This document shows, one piece after another, positions 29,552-38,532 of a stretch of 58,419 nt of DNA. The notes under the pieces are model-generated. The model searched no databases, was not told where the DNA came from, and saw only the letters and a program-made list of their open reading frames with translations. The stretch comes from a virus. Lineage: Duplodnaviria > Caudoviricetes. Numbering within the stretch: position 1 is the first letter of the stretch; each line of letters opens with the position of its first letter. The stretch lies in IMG/VR virus record IMGVR_UViG_3300016471_000965, positions 1-58,419 of that record; one strand, 5' to 3'. Position numbers and translations under genes: made by a program.

Positions 29552-30358
29552 CTATTTCTTTAGCTTATCAATAGTAAGCTCAACCTCATTCCATTCAGGA
29601 TCTGTTGGCACCAATTGATCGTTGTCATCTAACATAAAAATATCAAGCGATTCACCGTCAGGACCGATGAGCGGGGATCCACCGACGGCGAGGACACGCC
29701 GGAAGAAATCAGTCAAGACCTTAGATGCCTGTACGCCTTCAATAAACCTCTTCATCCCACGACGGTCTCGACTCCTGTAGGCACCCATGACCACCGCGAT
29801 AGGATGCCAGTGCGCCAAGAGACCCTCGTTCATGCGACCAGACCTGTCGCTTGATGTCTCGCGGAACGATTTGGCGTCGAGAATGTAATTGTTGAAAGCC
29901 CACATCTCCTGCATGTCAACCCTACCACGCTTCACCTTGGCCCCGGAATAACCGTAGCCCGTGAAGAGCGAGTCCATGTTGTTGGACGCAAGGACGACCC
30001 TGCCGTCCAGCTTGACGCCCAGCTCAACACCCTCATCACTGAAGCTTCGCGCAGGGGACCCGAATTCGTGGGCAGGAACCAGCTCCGCGCCGGGACGATA
30101 GAGAGACACCGAGATCTCACGACCCCCAGCGCCGGGGGACAACAAACCCTCGAGGTCCTCGGCGAGCACCCAGTGAACCTTGTCAAGACCCTCAAAGAAA
30201 GAATGATCGGCATGGTCGTTCCACAGCTTCTTGACGGCGCGCGGAATAGATTCGTCTCTGTCTTTCAATACAGGTTCCACGGCGGAGAGGAAAGATGCCT
30301 TGTCCTCGAGAAGAGCACGTCTAACGATGGCCCGCAATTCACCTAGCCGAATCTTCAT
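29552..30358 (-). CDS. MKIRLGELRAIVR-family protein
   Basis: ATAGTTAT-N5-ATG; 268 aa. Confidence 0.65.
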   Translation of the reverse strand: MKIRLGELRAIVRRALLEDKASFLSAVEPVLKDRDESIPRAVKKLWNDHADHSFFEGLDKVHWVLAEDLEGLLSPGAGGREISVSLYRPGAELVPAHEFGSPARSFSDEGVELGVKLDGRVVLASNNMDSLFTGYGYSGAKVKRGRVDMQEMWAFNNYILDAKSFRETSSDRSGRMNEGLLAHWHPIAVVMGAYRSRDRRGMKRFIEGVQASKVLTDFFRRVLAVGGSPLIGPDGESLDIFMLDDNDQLVPTDPEWNEVELTIDKLKK

Positions 30359-30392
30359 GACGAATAACTATATTCTTTCAGGTGGAGACAAA

Positions 30393-31310
30393 TCAAAAAA
30401 GCTTCAGCAACCTATGACATATCGTTTCAGTCAAAGACTCAAGGTCACGAGCTATAATGCTCTCGTTCTTCTTCTCCGGGACTTGTTTGATTACCTTGGC
30501 AGAAGCGGCTATGACCTCCCACATCGTCTTGAATCCACTTCCGTTGGGCTTACCAGACCAGTACCTCTTGATCTCCGCCCTTGTCTTCCTATCGTTAGCG
30601 TCATCCATCGCTTGTAATATGGCGTCGACTCCCCGCATGTCGGCCGTCGTGGTAGGACCCACGGGCTTAACGACGTAGATCTTTGAACCTGGTTTAAGCG
30701 AGTCCCTATAGTTCACAGCATCAGACAACTTCGTAAACAGGAATACAGCACCGCGGCGACTGACGGCATCGGGCTTGAGAACATATCGAGATGCCTCTAA
30801 TTTCTCCTCGAGGTCTTCCATGGATACTTCGGCGAGAGGATCCTCGTCTTCCATCGAACTCCAGTATCCCTTGACCGTGGCGCCAGGTTTGTACCTCTTG
30901 CTCGAGACGTGATAGAAACCACCGTCTTCTGTCGAAGCTTCTTCTTCGCCACTCGTCAATACCGACGCTAATGCCGAGTTGATGTCTGCGATCATCCGGC
31001 TGCCTGAGGTGTCAACATCGATAATTTTATCGCGAGAAGAATACAACTCGTATCGACGAGTATCATTGTCTGCGTGGACAAAAGACATGCCTTCTAGAGT
31101 CTTCTTTACTTCTTTTGTGAACTCTACGAAGACGTAGCATCTCTTCCACTGGCCTGCCGAAAGAGGATCGTCACCGCTATATTCCTCGGCAAGGTGCAAT
31201 TTCAACGGCGTATCCATCTTAGTGAGAGCTGCTCGTATCTGGTCTTGGAAATAGTTCTTGACGAATTTACCTTTCGGCGGCAAGAAGTTTCCTATGTCGA
31301 CGTGCTGCAT
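30393..31310 (-). CDS. protein with C-terminal DUF2441/ADP-ribosyltransferase-like domain
   Basis: FYHVS...SRRGAVFLF...IYVVKP...D...YWSG...WEVI; ATAGTTAT-N5-ATG. Confidence 0.55.
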   Translation of the reverse strand: MQHVDIGNFLPPKGKFVKNYFQDQIRAALTKMDTPLKLHLAEEYSGDDPLSAGQWKRCYVFVEFTKEVKKTLEGMSFVHADNDTRRYELYSSRDKIIDVDTSGSRMIADINSALASVLTSGEEEASTEDGGFYHVSSKRYKPGATVKGYWSSMEDEDPLAEVSMEDLEEKLEASRYVLKPDAVSRRGAVFLFTKLSDAVNYRDSLKPGSKIYVVKPVGPTTTADMRGVDAILQAMDDANDRKTRAEIKRYWSGKPNGSGFKTMWEVIAASAKVIKQVPEKKNESIIARDLESLTETICHRLLKLF

Positions 31311-31684
31311 GGGGAATAACTATACCTCCCGGGCGGAGACAAAATCAAAAAACGCTCTCAACCAAAGAGAGACGCCACCTAGATCGAACAGGAAACTCTG
31401 CTAAGAGAGAACAGAGACAGACAAGACTAGACAGACAGGACAACACGCTCCCTCCCAATCCAACCCACAGGCTTCCACTCGCTAAACAACTCCAGACTGG
31501 ATACGGTCGGATACAGCAACCCAACACAACCACACCCCACTTCCTACCACAACGTACCACCACCCAACCCCTCAACTCCCCCTCCCTCACACCCTATCAC
31601 ACACGATCCATCGATTCCCCTCCACGGGCACTGACAAGTGGACATCACAGGGGTGATCAAGAGGGGGACCCGGGAGCTTGGGAC

Positions 31685-31718
31685 AAAAAAAAGCCCCCTG
31701 GGTTCACAATAGGGGGCT
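31685..31718 (-). terminator. intrinsic terminator ending the leftward GC-rich arm
   Basis: AGCCCCCT-N-AGGGGGCT followed by a T run on the minus strand. Confidence 0.75.
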
Positions 31719-31809
31719 GTAAGGCAACGGCTAGTTTAGCGCTTTAAAAAGTTAATTATTCGCCAACGAACTCTTTTTCCGAAAAAAGTGCTGTCGCCCG
31801 ACATTTTTT

Positions 31810-32079
31810 TCAGCGTATCGGTGAAGCTGCGTGAGGGGGAGGGGGCACGTATCCTGTCGTCTGTCTTGTTTCTGCTGCTACCGGGGTGTCACCGTGAAGT
31901 AGGGTTGTCGTTGTGATGGAGGTGAGGACGATGACCATCAGTCTCTTGGTGGTGCCGGGTGCAACGAGTTGCACAAAAAGAGGGACGTTGCCGGCTGGAT
32001 GGTGTTGGTTCGTTGGTATGCTCGGTCGTCCCTCCGTGTTAAGTATCTGTCGGGCGTCGTTCACCATTCGTCGTGCCAT
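31810..32079 (-). CDS. hypothetical protein
   Basis: AAGGA upstream; overlaps previous gene. Confidence 0.45.
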   Translation of the reverse strand: MARRMVNDARQILNTEGRPSIPTNQHHPAGNVPLFVQLVAPGTTKRLMVIVLTSITTTTLLHGDTPVAAETRQTTGYVPPPPHAASPIR

Positions 32080-32444
32080 CTTTGTTCCTTCTCCGACGGA
32101 GGGTGGGACGGTGTATCGGGATGTTGTCTCCGCGCGGGGGCCTCGAGGTCAATGATCGTTTGTGATGCCAGCCAGCAGGACGGGATGAGGAGGACCGCGG
32201 CGGCGTAGCCCAGTGCCGAGGGATTGGGGGGGAGGAAGCCGTTGTATGCGCCGATGATGGCGAGGGTTGCCGATGCGCCGATCCACACGAGTGGTGCGAG
32301 GATCGCGAAGGCGGCGACGTGGTCTGGGCGGAGGAGGTGTCGTCGGCCGGAGACGTAGAGGAACGTGGCGTAGCCCGAGGAGAATCCGACCGCCGCGGCG
32401 GCGAGGATGCCGGCGGAGTAGATGAGTGGGGAAATGATGTTCAT
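32061..32444 (-). CDS. membrane protein
   Basis: three hydrophobic segments; ATGA coupling. Confidence 0.6.
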   Translation of the reverse strand: MNIISPLIYSAGILAAAAVGFSSGYATFLYVSGRRHLLRPDHVAAFAILAPLVWIGASATLAIIGAYNGFLPPNPSALGYAAAVLLIPSCWLASQTIIDLEAPARRQHPDTPSHPPSEKEQRWHDEW

Positions 32445-32824
32445 GTTTCATCGATGGGTGACAGCGAGGTGGATCTTGGGTCGAAGCAGATCCTGTTGAC
32501 GTAGCACCGGATGGGGAGGAGGACCTCGACGAACTCAGATGGTTCTGGTGATCCATCCGGGGTCAGCGCACGGCCGGAGTCGGTGTGTGTCTGGCCTACG
32601 ATGATGACCGTGCCGGGTGGGAACTCTCCGATTCCGGTCATCCTTCCCGTGAAGGTGTTGTCCGGTGATGTGAGGTAGCTGAGTCCCCAGGTCTGCACCC
32701 CTGTTTCCCTGTGCTTCTGCGGAGGATATGGTAACACGACCCAGGTGGAACCGACCGGGACGGGACGGTGTTTCATCCGCCCGGATTTCGGGAAGATCAT
32801 CGTCAGCAGCTTGTGAAGGTTCAA
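32441..32824 (-). CDS. hypothetical protein, paralogue of 32821-33135
   Basis: VPVGSTWVVLP...EFVEVLLPIRCYVNR. Confidence 0.65.
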   Translation of the reverse strand: MNLHKLLTMIFPKSGRMKHRPVPVGSTWVVLPYPPQKHRETGVQTWGLSYLTSPDNTFTGRMTGIGEFPPGTVIIVGQTHTDSGRALTPDGSPEPSEFVEVLLPIRCYVNRICFDPRSTSLSPIDET

Positions 32825-33135
32825 GCGATCCTCCGCAGGTGATCAGAGTCGCCGTTGAAGTGGACGCGGTTTATGAAGCAGCGGCGGGGAAGGAGGACCT
32901 CGACGTACTCGATGTCGCCGCGGCCCGTGTGTTCGTCGATGAACGTGTCGCCGGCGACGATGATGGCGCCCGGCGGAATCTCCTCGTACTCGACCCCCAT
33001 CATCCATGCCTGATTGGAGGTGGGACGGGACATGGCACCAACACCCCAGGGTTCGCCGGGCTTGGGCCACTTTCTGGCGGTCGCCCCGACGAAGGGCAGT
33101 ACGATCCATGCTGATCCTACGGGTACCTTTGACAT
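32821..33135 (-). CDS. hypothetical protein, paralogue of 32441-32824
   Basis: VPVGSAWIVLP...EYVEVLLPRRCFINR; GAGGA SD. Confidence 0.65.
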   Translation of the reverse strand: MSKVPVGSAWIVLPFVGATARKWPKPGEPWGVGAMSRPTSNQAWMMGVEYEEIPPGAIIVAGDTFIDEHTGRGDIEYVEVLLPRRCFINRVHFNGDSDHLRRIA

Positions 33136-33206
33136 CGTTTTCCTCGTGTGTCGACCACTCCCTTTTGCGCGATATCGCGCGGGTCAATCGCGTATCGCGG
33201 GAAGCG

Positions 33207-34706
33207 TCACCGCCAGGCACCCGACTTCTGGGGGTTCGGGTCGAGCGAGATCGTGATCTCGTCGGTGGCGAAGTGAAGCTGGCAACCCTGGCCGAGGACC
33301 CAGCCACGTTTGATCCGCGAGGGACCAGGCTTGGTGCACTCGCCGTCGGTGAGGATGAGCATGCCGTCCCACCGTCCCCGGTTCTTCGGGTCGTTGGCGA
33401 AGCGGGTGGGAGCCTCGAAGTCGGTTCCGCCGCCCCGGACCCGCTTGATGTCAGGGTTGGTACCCTTCTTCCACTCGACCATGTCCTTCTCGGCGACGGT
33501 GTAGTCGAAGGGAAGGACCGTGACGGAGACCCGCTTCGTCAGCGATGCAAGTTCGCCGAAGAAGAGGGAGAGCATCGTGTCGGAGACGGAGCCCGACTGG
33601 TCGACGGCGATGAGGAGCTTGGCGGTGTAGCCTCGCTTCTTGCCCGGGTGGATGTAGGGGTAACGCTTGTTGATGCGCTTCATCGACGTGGTGGAGTTGC
33701 CCCGCTCCAGGCTACCGACGAAGTTGCGGAGGACGTTGCGCCAGTCGACGACTCGGGTCACCGACTTGCGGATCTCCTCGCGGAGGTTGGCCGGGATGTT
33801 TCCCCATCCGTTTGCCTGGGCATCGGCCTTCCGCACCGCACGTTCGACTGCCTGGGTGATCTGACCCTTCACCTTCTCGCGAAGTTCCTCTGGGATTTGC
33901 TCCCAACCGGAGTGGTCGTCCATCGAGTCCAGCCAGTCCTCGCCACAGGTGCAGGGTGCACCCGAGTCGGCATGGTCGTGACCCTCGCCGTGGTCGCCGC
34001 CGGGTTGGTTACCGGATCCCTTCTCATCCCCCGACGTTCCCTTCTGGTCACCCTTCTTTTTTCCGCCTTTGTTGCCACCGTCGGAATTTTCCGAATTATT
34101 TTGAGGGTCACCTCCGCTGGGTTGTGGTTGACCTTGTCCCTTGCCGTGGCGGGGGCAGGAGTCCTTCCTCTGTTGTTGGACCTGTTCTGCCTTCTGCTTG
34201 AGGCGCTCGAAGTACCACTCGGAAGCCTGGGCGGGCGGGAAGGACTCGATGAGTTGTGCCAGGGGCATGGCATCCTTCTCTTCCTTCGTGAAGTCTCGGT
34301 CTCCCGGGGGAACCGGGAAGACGCCGGGGACGAGGCCACCCTTCGGAAGGGTTGCGGACTTGTTCTCGCCGGAGACGATGATCGAGTTGATGGCGAGGTC
34401 GGTCGCGATGTTCCACATCTTCGGTGGGGTCTTGCGGCGGTGGCTCAGGTGCTGGAAGACGAGGTGGTAGAACTCGTGGATGAGGACCCCGCGGATCTCG
34501 GAGTCGGAGAGACCCGCGAAGAAGTCCGGGTTCCAGAACAGGGTGAGATCGTCGAACTCCTGGTCGTATGCCACACCTGCCGTGGGGAGGTCCTTCGTCG
34601 GGACCTTGCGGATGTACCGGGACAGCTCCGCGAAGAACGGCGAGTCCTGGAGGAACGAGATGAGGTGACGGTCCAGTTTGAAGTCGGTGTCGCAGTGGCT
34701 GAACAT
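33207..34706 (-). CDS. DUF2201-type metallopeptidase + vWA domain protein
   Basis: HEFYH..H, WNIATDLAIN, VDQSGS (MIDAS), GGGTDF, ILTDG; class I promoter 34707-34742. Confidence 0.88.
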   Translation of the reverse strand: MFSHCDTDFKLDRHLISFLQDSPFFAELSRYIRKVPTKDLPTAGVAYDQEFDDLTLFWNPDFFAGLSDSEIRGVLIHEFYHLVFQHLSHRRKTPPKMWNIATDLAINSIIVSGENKSATLPKGGLVPGVFPVPPGDRDFTKEEKDAMPLAQLIESFPPAQASEWYFERLKQKAEQVQQQRKDSCPRHGKGQGQPQPSGGDPQNNSENSDGGNKGGKKKGDQKGTSGDEKGSGNQPGGDHGEGHDHADSGAPCTCGEDWLDSMDDHSGWEQIPEELREKVKGQITQAVERAVRKADAQANGWGNIPANLREEIRKSVTRVVDWRNVLRNFVGSLERGNSTTSMKRINKRYPYIHPGKKRGYTAKLLIAVDQSGSVSDTMLSLFFGELASLTKRVSVTVLPFDYTVAEKDMVEWKKGTNPDIKRVRGGGTDFEAPTRFANDPKNRGRWDGMLILTDGECTKPGPSRIKRGWVLGQGCQLHFATDEITISLDPNPQKSGAWR

Positions 34707-34749
34707 AGATCTATCTTACCTCGTTTCGATTGAACATTGCACCGCCAGG

Positions 34750-34763
34750 TGCAACTAGTTGCA
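34750..34763. promoter_or_regulatory. palindrome TGCAACTAGTTGCA (also 35784, 36688; variants 45589, 49358, 51725), candidate operator
   Basis: six copies of TGCAAC-N2-GTTGCA, five of them beside class I promoters. Confidence 0.6.
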
Positions 34764-34764
34764 T

Positions 34765-34962
34765 TCAGTCCTGATCGTCGTCCTGCGTCATCAGGTGGAT
34801 GAGAGAGAAGATTCCTTCGCGAATGATGCGGGTGACGACCCAGCAGGCGGAGACGATGAGGACCCCGGTGACGCCGATGTCCTTATGGATTGTCCCCCAG
34901 ATCATTGTTGAAATGAGCAGGGCAGTGAAGGTGACGTTGGAGTAGTGTACGGTGTTTTTCAT
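34765..34962 (-). CDS. small membrane protein
   Basis: two hydrophobic segments. Confidence 0.5.
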   Translation of the reverse strand: MKNTVHYSNVTFTALLISTMIWGTIHKDIGVTGVLIVSACWVVTRIIREGIFSLIHLMTQDDDQD

Positions 34963-35165
34963 CCGAGGTCCGCTGGTGAGACGGTGTCGAGTTTGCCGGC
35001 TGCTTCTTCGAGGACGTCGGCGAGGAGCTCTGCCTCCTCGATGGCCCTGTGAGCGTCTTCGACCTTCATGTCCATGTAGAGCTTGCTCTCGACGGCGGAG
35101 GCGTAGCGCCGGAGGTACTTGCAGGCCGCCGTCAGGTCCTCAAAGGTGAGTCCTAGGTCTTTCAT
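34959..35165 (-). CDS. hypothetical protein
   Basis: GAGGT SD; ATGA coupling. Confidence 0.6.
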   Translation of the reverse strand: MKDLGLTFEDLTAACKYLRRYASAVESKLYMDMKVEDAHRAIEEAELLADVLEEAAGKLDTVSPADLG

Positions 35166-35740
35166 TTTGCACCTCGCTTCGTCCTACGCTTCTCGAGCTT
35201 CGCCTTCTTTTCTGCCATGATTTCACCTCGCTCGCGGTTCTTCGAGCCCTTCGGCCGGCCGCGGCGCTTCTGGACGGGCTTGCCGTCGGGGCCGAGCTCG
35301 ACGGGCTTCTCGGGCACAGGAGCTCCGGTCGGGTTCTTCTTCGGGCGGCCACGCTTGCGTTCACCGATGGAGGGTCCCTTGGCTGCCGCGAGCTTGAAGC
35401 GATAGCCGACCTTCATGCCCTCGATGTAGTTGCTGCCGGCGTCCCTGTGGTATACGTCGTCCCAGAGACCGATCCATCCCGATGCTGCATCGATCGACGT
35501 GATCGTGTAGGTTCGAGTGTCTAGCCAGGGTCGATGGCTGAGGACGGATGCAACCCGCTCGATGACGATCTTTTCACCAGGACCGGCGAGGAGGACCGGC
35601 ATTCCCATCTCGTCAGTCGTGACGGCGTCAGGCAGGTGATCGATCATCGGTTTGTTCGCGCCCTTGGAGCTTTCCTCCCTTGCTGCGCGGGTGATCTCGT
35701 CGACCTCGTCGTTTGCGATGATTTCGTTGTCGTCGAACAT
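35162..35740 (-). CDS. AT-hook-containing DNA-binding protein
   Basis: RKRGRPKK and KRRGRPKGSKN; class I promoter. Confidence 0.7.
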   Translation of the reverse strand: MFDDNEIIANDEVDEITRAAREESSKGANKPMIDHLPDAVTTDEMGMPVLLAGPGEKIVIERVASVLSHRPWLDTRTYTITSIDAASGWIGLWDDVYHRDAGSNYIEGMKVGYRFKLAAAKGPSIGERKRGRPKKNPTGAPVPEKPVELGPDGKPVQKRRGRPKGSKNRERGEIMAEKKAKLEKRRTKRGAK

Positions 35741-35848
35741 GGTCTTATATTACCTCAGATCGTGAGAGGTTTGCACCGAATCGTGCAACTAGTTGCATCG
35801 TTGGTCCCCTGGGTTTGAGGGTCATCGCCCCCAGGGGAAGGAGGAACC

Positions 35849-36613
35849 TCAGCCGACCGGACCGAAGTTGCCCTTCTCGTACAGGCCGTTCTTCGTGATG
35901 CCGAGGACGTATGCCTGGCCGGAGCAGCCGAACCGGTTCTTGGTGATCTCGAAGATTCGCTCACCGTACGTATCCGACTTCTTGTCGTTGTCGATGTACA
36001 GCTGACCGCGGACATCGACTGCATGGAGGATGGTTTGCTTGCCGGCGAAATCACCGGACTTCGTCACCTGACCGATGAAGCAGACGATGCCGTGATTGGC
36101 CTTGGCCCAGTCGGTGAGCATCTCGGTGCAGCGAACCGGGGTGTTGCTGTTCGTTCCACCATCGGCGTACTTGCCGTCGTCCAGGGTCTGGAGCGAGTCC
36201 TGGAGGATGAACACCTGCTTCTTCGGGTTCGCCTTGCGGAGGTGATCCGCATGCTCGAGGAGGTCGGGAACCATCGTGTCCTGCCCGACGACGAAGTTGC
36301 CGGCGAGCCCGAGGCGCTCCGAGACCATCTTGGTCTGGTACAGCGATTCCTCACCGGTGTTGTAGAGGCAGATGTGACCGGACTTCGTGATGGCGTCGGC
36401 CACCTGAAGCATCATCGTCGTCTTGCCTGCACCCGGGGTGCCGGTCAGCATCATCACCGACGAGGGCACCATACCATCGCCACCAATCGCATTGTCGAAC
36501 CACTCCAGGCCAACCTTCTTGCGGTCGCGGAGGGCCTTCGGCACCTCGATCTGCGAGAGGCTGGTGCCGTGCTTGAGACCCTTGATGCCGACGTTGAGAT
36601 TCATCTTGCTCAT
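35849..36613 (-). CDS. RadA/Sms-like RecA-family ATPase (ATPase domain only), copy 1
   Basis: GTPGAGKTT, YNTGEES, DSLQT, GQVTKSGDFAG, KNRFG. Confidence 0.85.
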   Translation of the reverse strand: MSKMNLNVGIKGLKHGTSLSQIEVPKALRDRKKVGLEWFDNAIGGDGMVPSSVMMLTGTPGAGKTTMMLQVADAITKSGHICLYNTGEESLYQTKMVSERLGLAGNFVVGQDTMVPDLLEHADHLRKANPKKQVFILQDSLQTLDDGKYADGGTNSNTPVRCTEMLTDWAKANHGIVCFIGQVTKSGDFAGKQTILHAVDVRGQLYIDNDKKSDTYGERIFEITKNRFGCSGQAYVLGITKNGLYEKGNFGPVG

Positions 36614-36713
36614 GCGTTACCTCGGTTTGGGTTGGTGTTGACTACTCTGCTAGTTTACCACTTTCACTGGTGACTTTGCACCAGGAGTGCAACTAGTTGC
36701 ATCTGGTCCCGCC

Positions 36714-36733
36714 GGTTTGAGCGTGATCGCCCC
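36714..36733 (-). repeat. GGGGCGATCACGCTCAAACC element within a stem-loop (also 37044-37063 on -, 56417-56436 on +, variant 35812-35831 on -)
   Basis: 20-nt conserved core enclosed by variable GC-rich inverted repeats. Confidence 0.7.
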
Positions 36734-36745
36734 GGGGGTTGTCGT

Positions 36746-36982
36746 TCACTGAACCTGCTCGGGTGGCACGGCGCAGATGTCGTAGAAGGCCTTGCCGCTG
36801 TTCAGGTAGTCGAGAGGTTCGTGCTCGAACGCCACGCCATCGCGGAGAAGAGGGTTGCCCTCGACGAGAATGTTACCGGTGCCGTCGTCGTACTGCACGA
36901 CGAACACGGGCTTCACGTCCTCCACGACGAGGCGGTTCGATCCGAGGGAGGTGAGCTTCCAAGCGTTGGTGATGTTTGCCAT
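36746..36982 (-). CDS. leaderless cassette ORF
   Basis: ATG 36 nt from GTGCAA. Confidence 0.7.
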   Translation of the reverse strand: MANITNAWKLTSLGSNRLVVEDVKPVFVVQYDDGTGNILVEGNPLLRDGVAFEHEPLDYLNSGKAFYDICAVPPEQVQ

Positions 36983-37080
36983 GGTGTTACTATATCCTTT
37001 CCTGGTTGAACTTTGCACCAAGCAAAGTTTTTTTGGACCCACCGGTTTGAGCGTGATCGCCCCGGCGGGGGAGGTGGCCG

Positions 37081-37296
37081 TCAGGCCGCCGTGACGGTGG
37101 CACCTTCCAGGTACAGGCCGGCCTCGGGCTCGTAGCCGTACAGCTGGTACAGCCGGTCGTGGTACGCCTCGTCGGGCATGAACACCACCCCCGTAAACTC
37201 GTCATCGACGATGGTGCCCGTCATGGTGCCCATCTTCGGGATCGACGCGGCCGTGTAGGTGACCCGGGTGCCTAGTGCGAACTGGTTGGTTGCCAT
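37081..37296 (-). CDS. leaderless cassette ORF
   Basis: ATG 35 nt from GTGCAA. Confidence 0.7.
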   Translation of the reverse strand: MATNQFALGTRVTYTAASIPKMGTMTGTIVDDEFTGVVFMPDEAYHDRLYQLYGYEPEAGLYLEGATVTAA

Positions 37297-37485
37297 GGTT
37301 TATATTAACCTTTCCTTGGTGAACATTGCACTTGGTGGGAAAACTTTTTTCGAACCTTTTCCCCACCGCCGTTCCTCAACCTGGAACCATTATAACTTTT
37401 CCACCATGAACATTGCACCGCCGGGGGCAAAGAAAAAAACTTTTTCCCGGTGCAAAGTTCACCAGTGAAGTGATAGGATTGGACC

Positions 37486-37710
37486 ATGGACATCAACGGA
37501 ATCAAGCCCGGATACATCGTCTCCGTCAAGCCCAGCCACCGTGCGGACCTGGGAGGTGACCCGCCGTATGGCACGGTCCTCAACGTGTGGCCGACCGGCA
37601 AGGTGCGGGTGTGCTGGGTCAATGCCGGGTGCTGGACCCATGACCTGCGGAGCCCGTACATGAACCGGTTCGAGATCACCGGGGACGTCGGTGGCGCATC
37701 TTTTCGCTGA
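37486..37710 (+). CDS. leaderless cassette ORF, SH3-like
   Basis: IKPGYIV; promoter 37450. Confidence 0.7.
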   Translation: MDINGIKPGYIVSVKPSHRADLGGDPPYGTVLNVWPTGKVRVCWVNAGCWTHDLRSPYMNRFEITGDVGGASFR

Positions 37711-37750
37711 CCGCAGTGCAAAGTTCAACCAGGAAAGGGTAGTATAAACC

Positions 37751-37993
37751 ATGCAGTCAATCACGACGAAGTTCATCGGTCCCACCAACCACCGCGCCGC
37801 CCGAGTGAAGGCCACCACGGCCGCCGGTCACACCCTCACGGTGTCATATTCCTATGAGGACAGCCACCGGTCTCATGCTCAGGCGGCCCTCCAGTTGGCC
37901 CGCAAGTTGGGTTGGGATGGTACCCTGATCGAGGGTGGCACCAAGGACGGCATGGTGTTCGTGTTCGATTCGGGCGCGAAGTACACGATTTGA
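37751..37993 (+). CDS. leaderless cassette ORF, conserved phage hypothetical (ITTKFIGPTN)
   Basis: promoter 37716. Confidence 0.75.
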   Translation: MQSITTKFIGPTNHRAARVKATTAAGHTLTVSYSYEDSHRSHAQAALQLARKLGWDGTLIEGGTKDGMVFVFDSGAKYTI

Positions 37994-38037
37994 CGAGCCC
38001 AGTGCAAAGTTCACAGAAGAAAAGGTATACTAAGACC

Positions 38038-38235
38038 ATGGAACGGAACATCATCAAAGTAGGCGACCTGATCATCCCCTCCGTGTGGGACGGTCTCGGC
38101 AAGAACCCCATGCTCGTCCTTGAGGTCCACGCCAAGGACCTCATCCACCCTCTCAAGGTTCGGGGTCAGAACGGCAACATCTGGTGGGCTCGGACCGAGG
38201 GTGCGAAGGTGGTCAGCTCGGTGCAAAGTCTCTGA
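38038..38235 (+). CDS. leaderless cassette ORF, SH3-like
   Basis: IKVGDLI; promoter 38002. Confidence 0.7.
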   Translation: MERNIIKVGDLIIPSVWDGLGKNPMLVLEVHAKDLIHPLKVRGQNGNIWWARTEGAKVVSSVQSL

Positions 38236-38256
38236 TGAATGGGGTATACTAGGACC

Positions 38257-38493
38257 ATGGAAACCAAGTTCAGCTACAGGGCCAAGCTCAGCGTCATCAC
38301 GAGCATGAGCGACCAGGTGGACAGCCTCAAGGTGCAGTTGGACGCGATGCAGGTCAACGAGCTCCTGGCGGCCGAGCCCGACCTGGCCGCCATCGAGGAC
38401 CTCCGCAACGTGATCGCCGTCCTCGAGGGCATGCTCGAAGCCCACTACGAGGAGGTCGAGCCGATGGCTTTCTTCGAAAAGAAGCCGGCCTGA
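38257..38493 (+). CDS. leaderless cassette ORF, coiled-coil
   Basis: promoter 38221. Confidence 0.7.
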   Translation: METKFSYRAKLSVITSMSDQVDSLKVQLDAMQVNELLAAEPDLAAIEDLRNVIAVLEGMLEAHYEEVEPMAFFEKKPA

Positions 38494-38532
38494 GCGGTGC
38501 AAAGTTCACCTAGGAAAGGGTATAGTAAGACC

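Larger units (their letters stand above)
34707..37418 (-). promoter_or_regulatory. leftward class I promoters (5' G of GTGCAA at 34742, 35776, 36681, 37018, 37331, 37418)
   Basis: GTGCAA-N18-TAnnnT on the minus strand; four of six have an ATG 5-6 nt downstream. Confidence 0.8.

Noticed and set aside
31345-31590. 81-aa minus-strand ORF
   Set aside because: Low-complexity product of the skewed non-coding tract; no promoter or SD support
33006-34733. 575-aa + strand ORF and other long antisense ORFs (49968-51377, 56279-57502, 40610-41305)
   Set aside because: Shadow frames of GC3-rich genes on the opposite strand; no recognisable motifs
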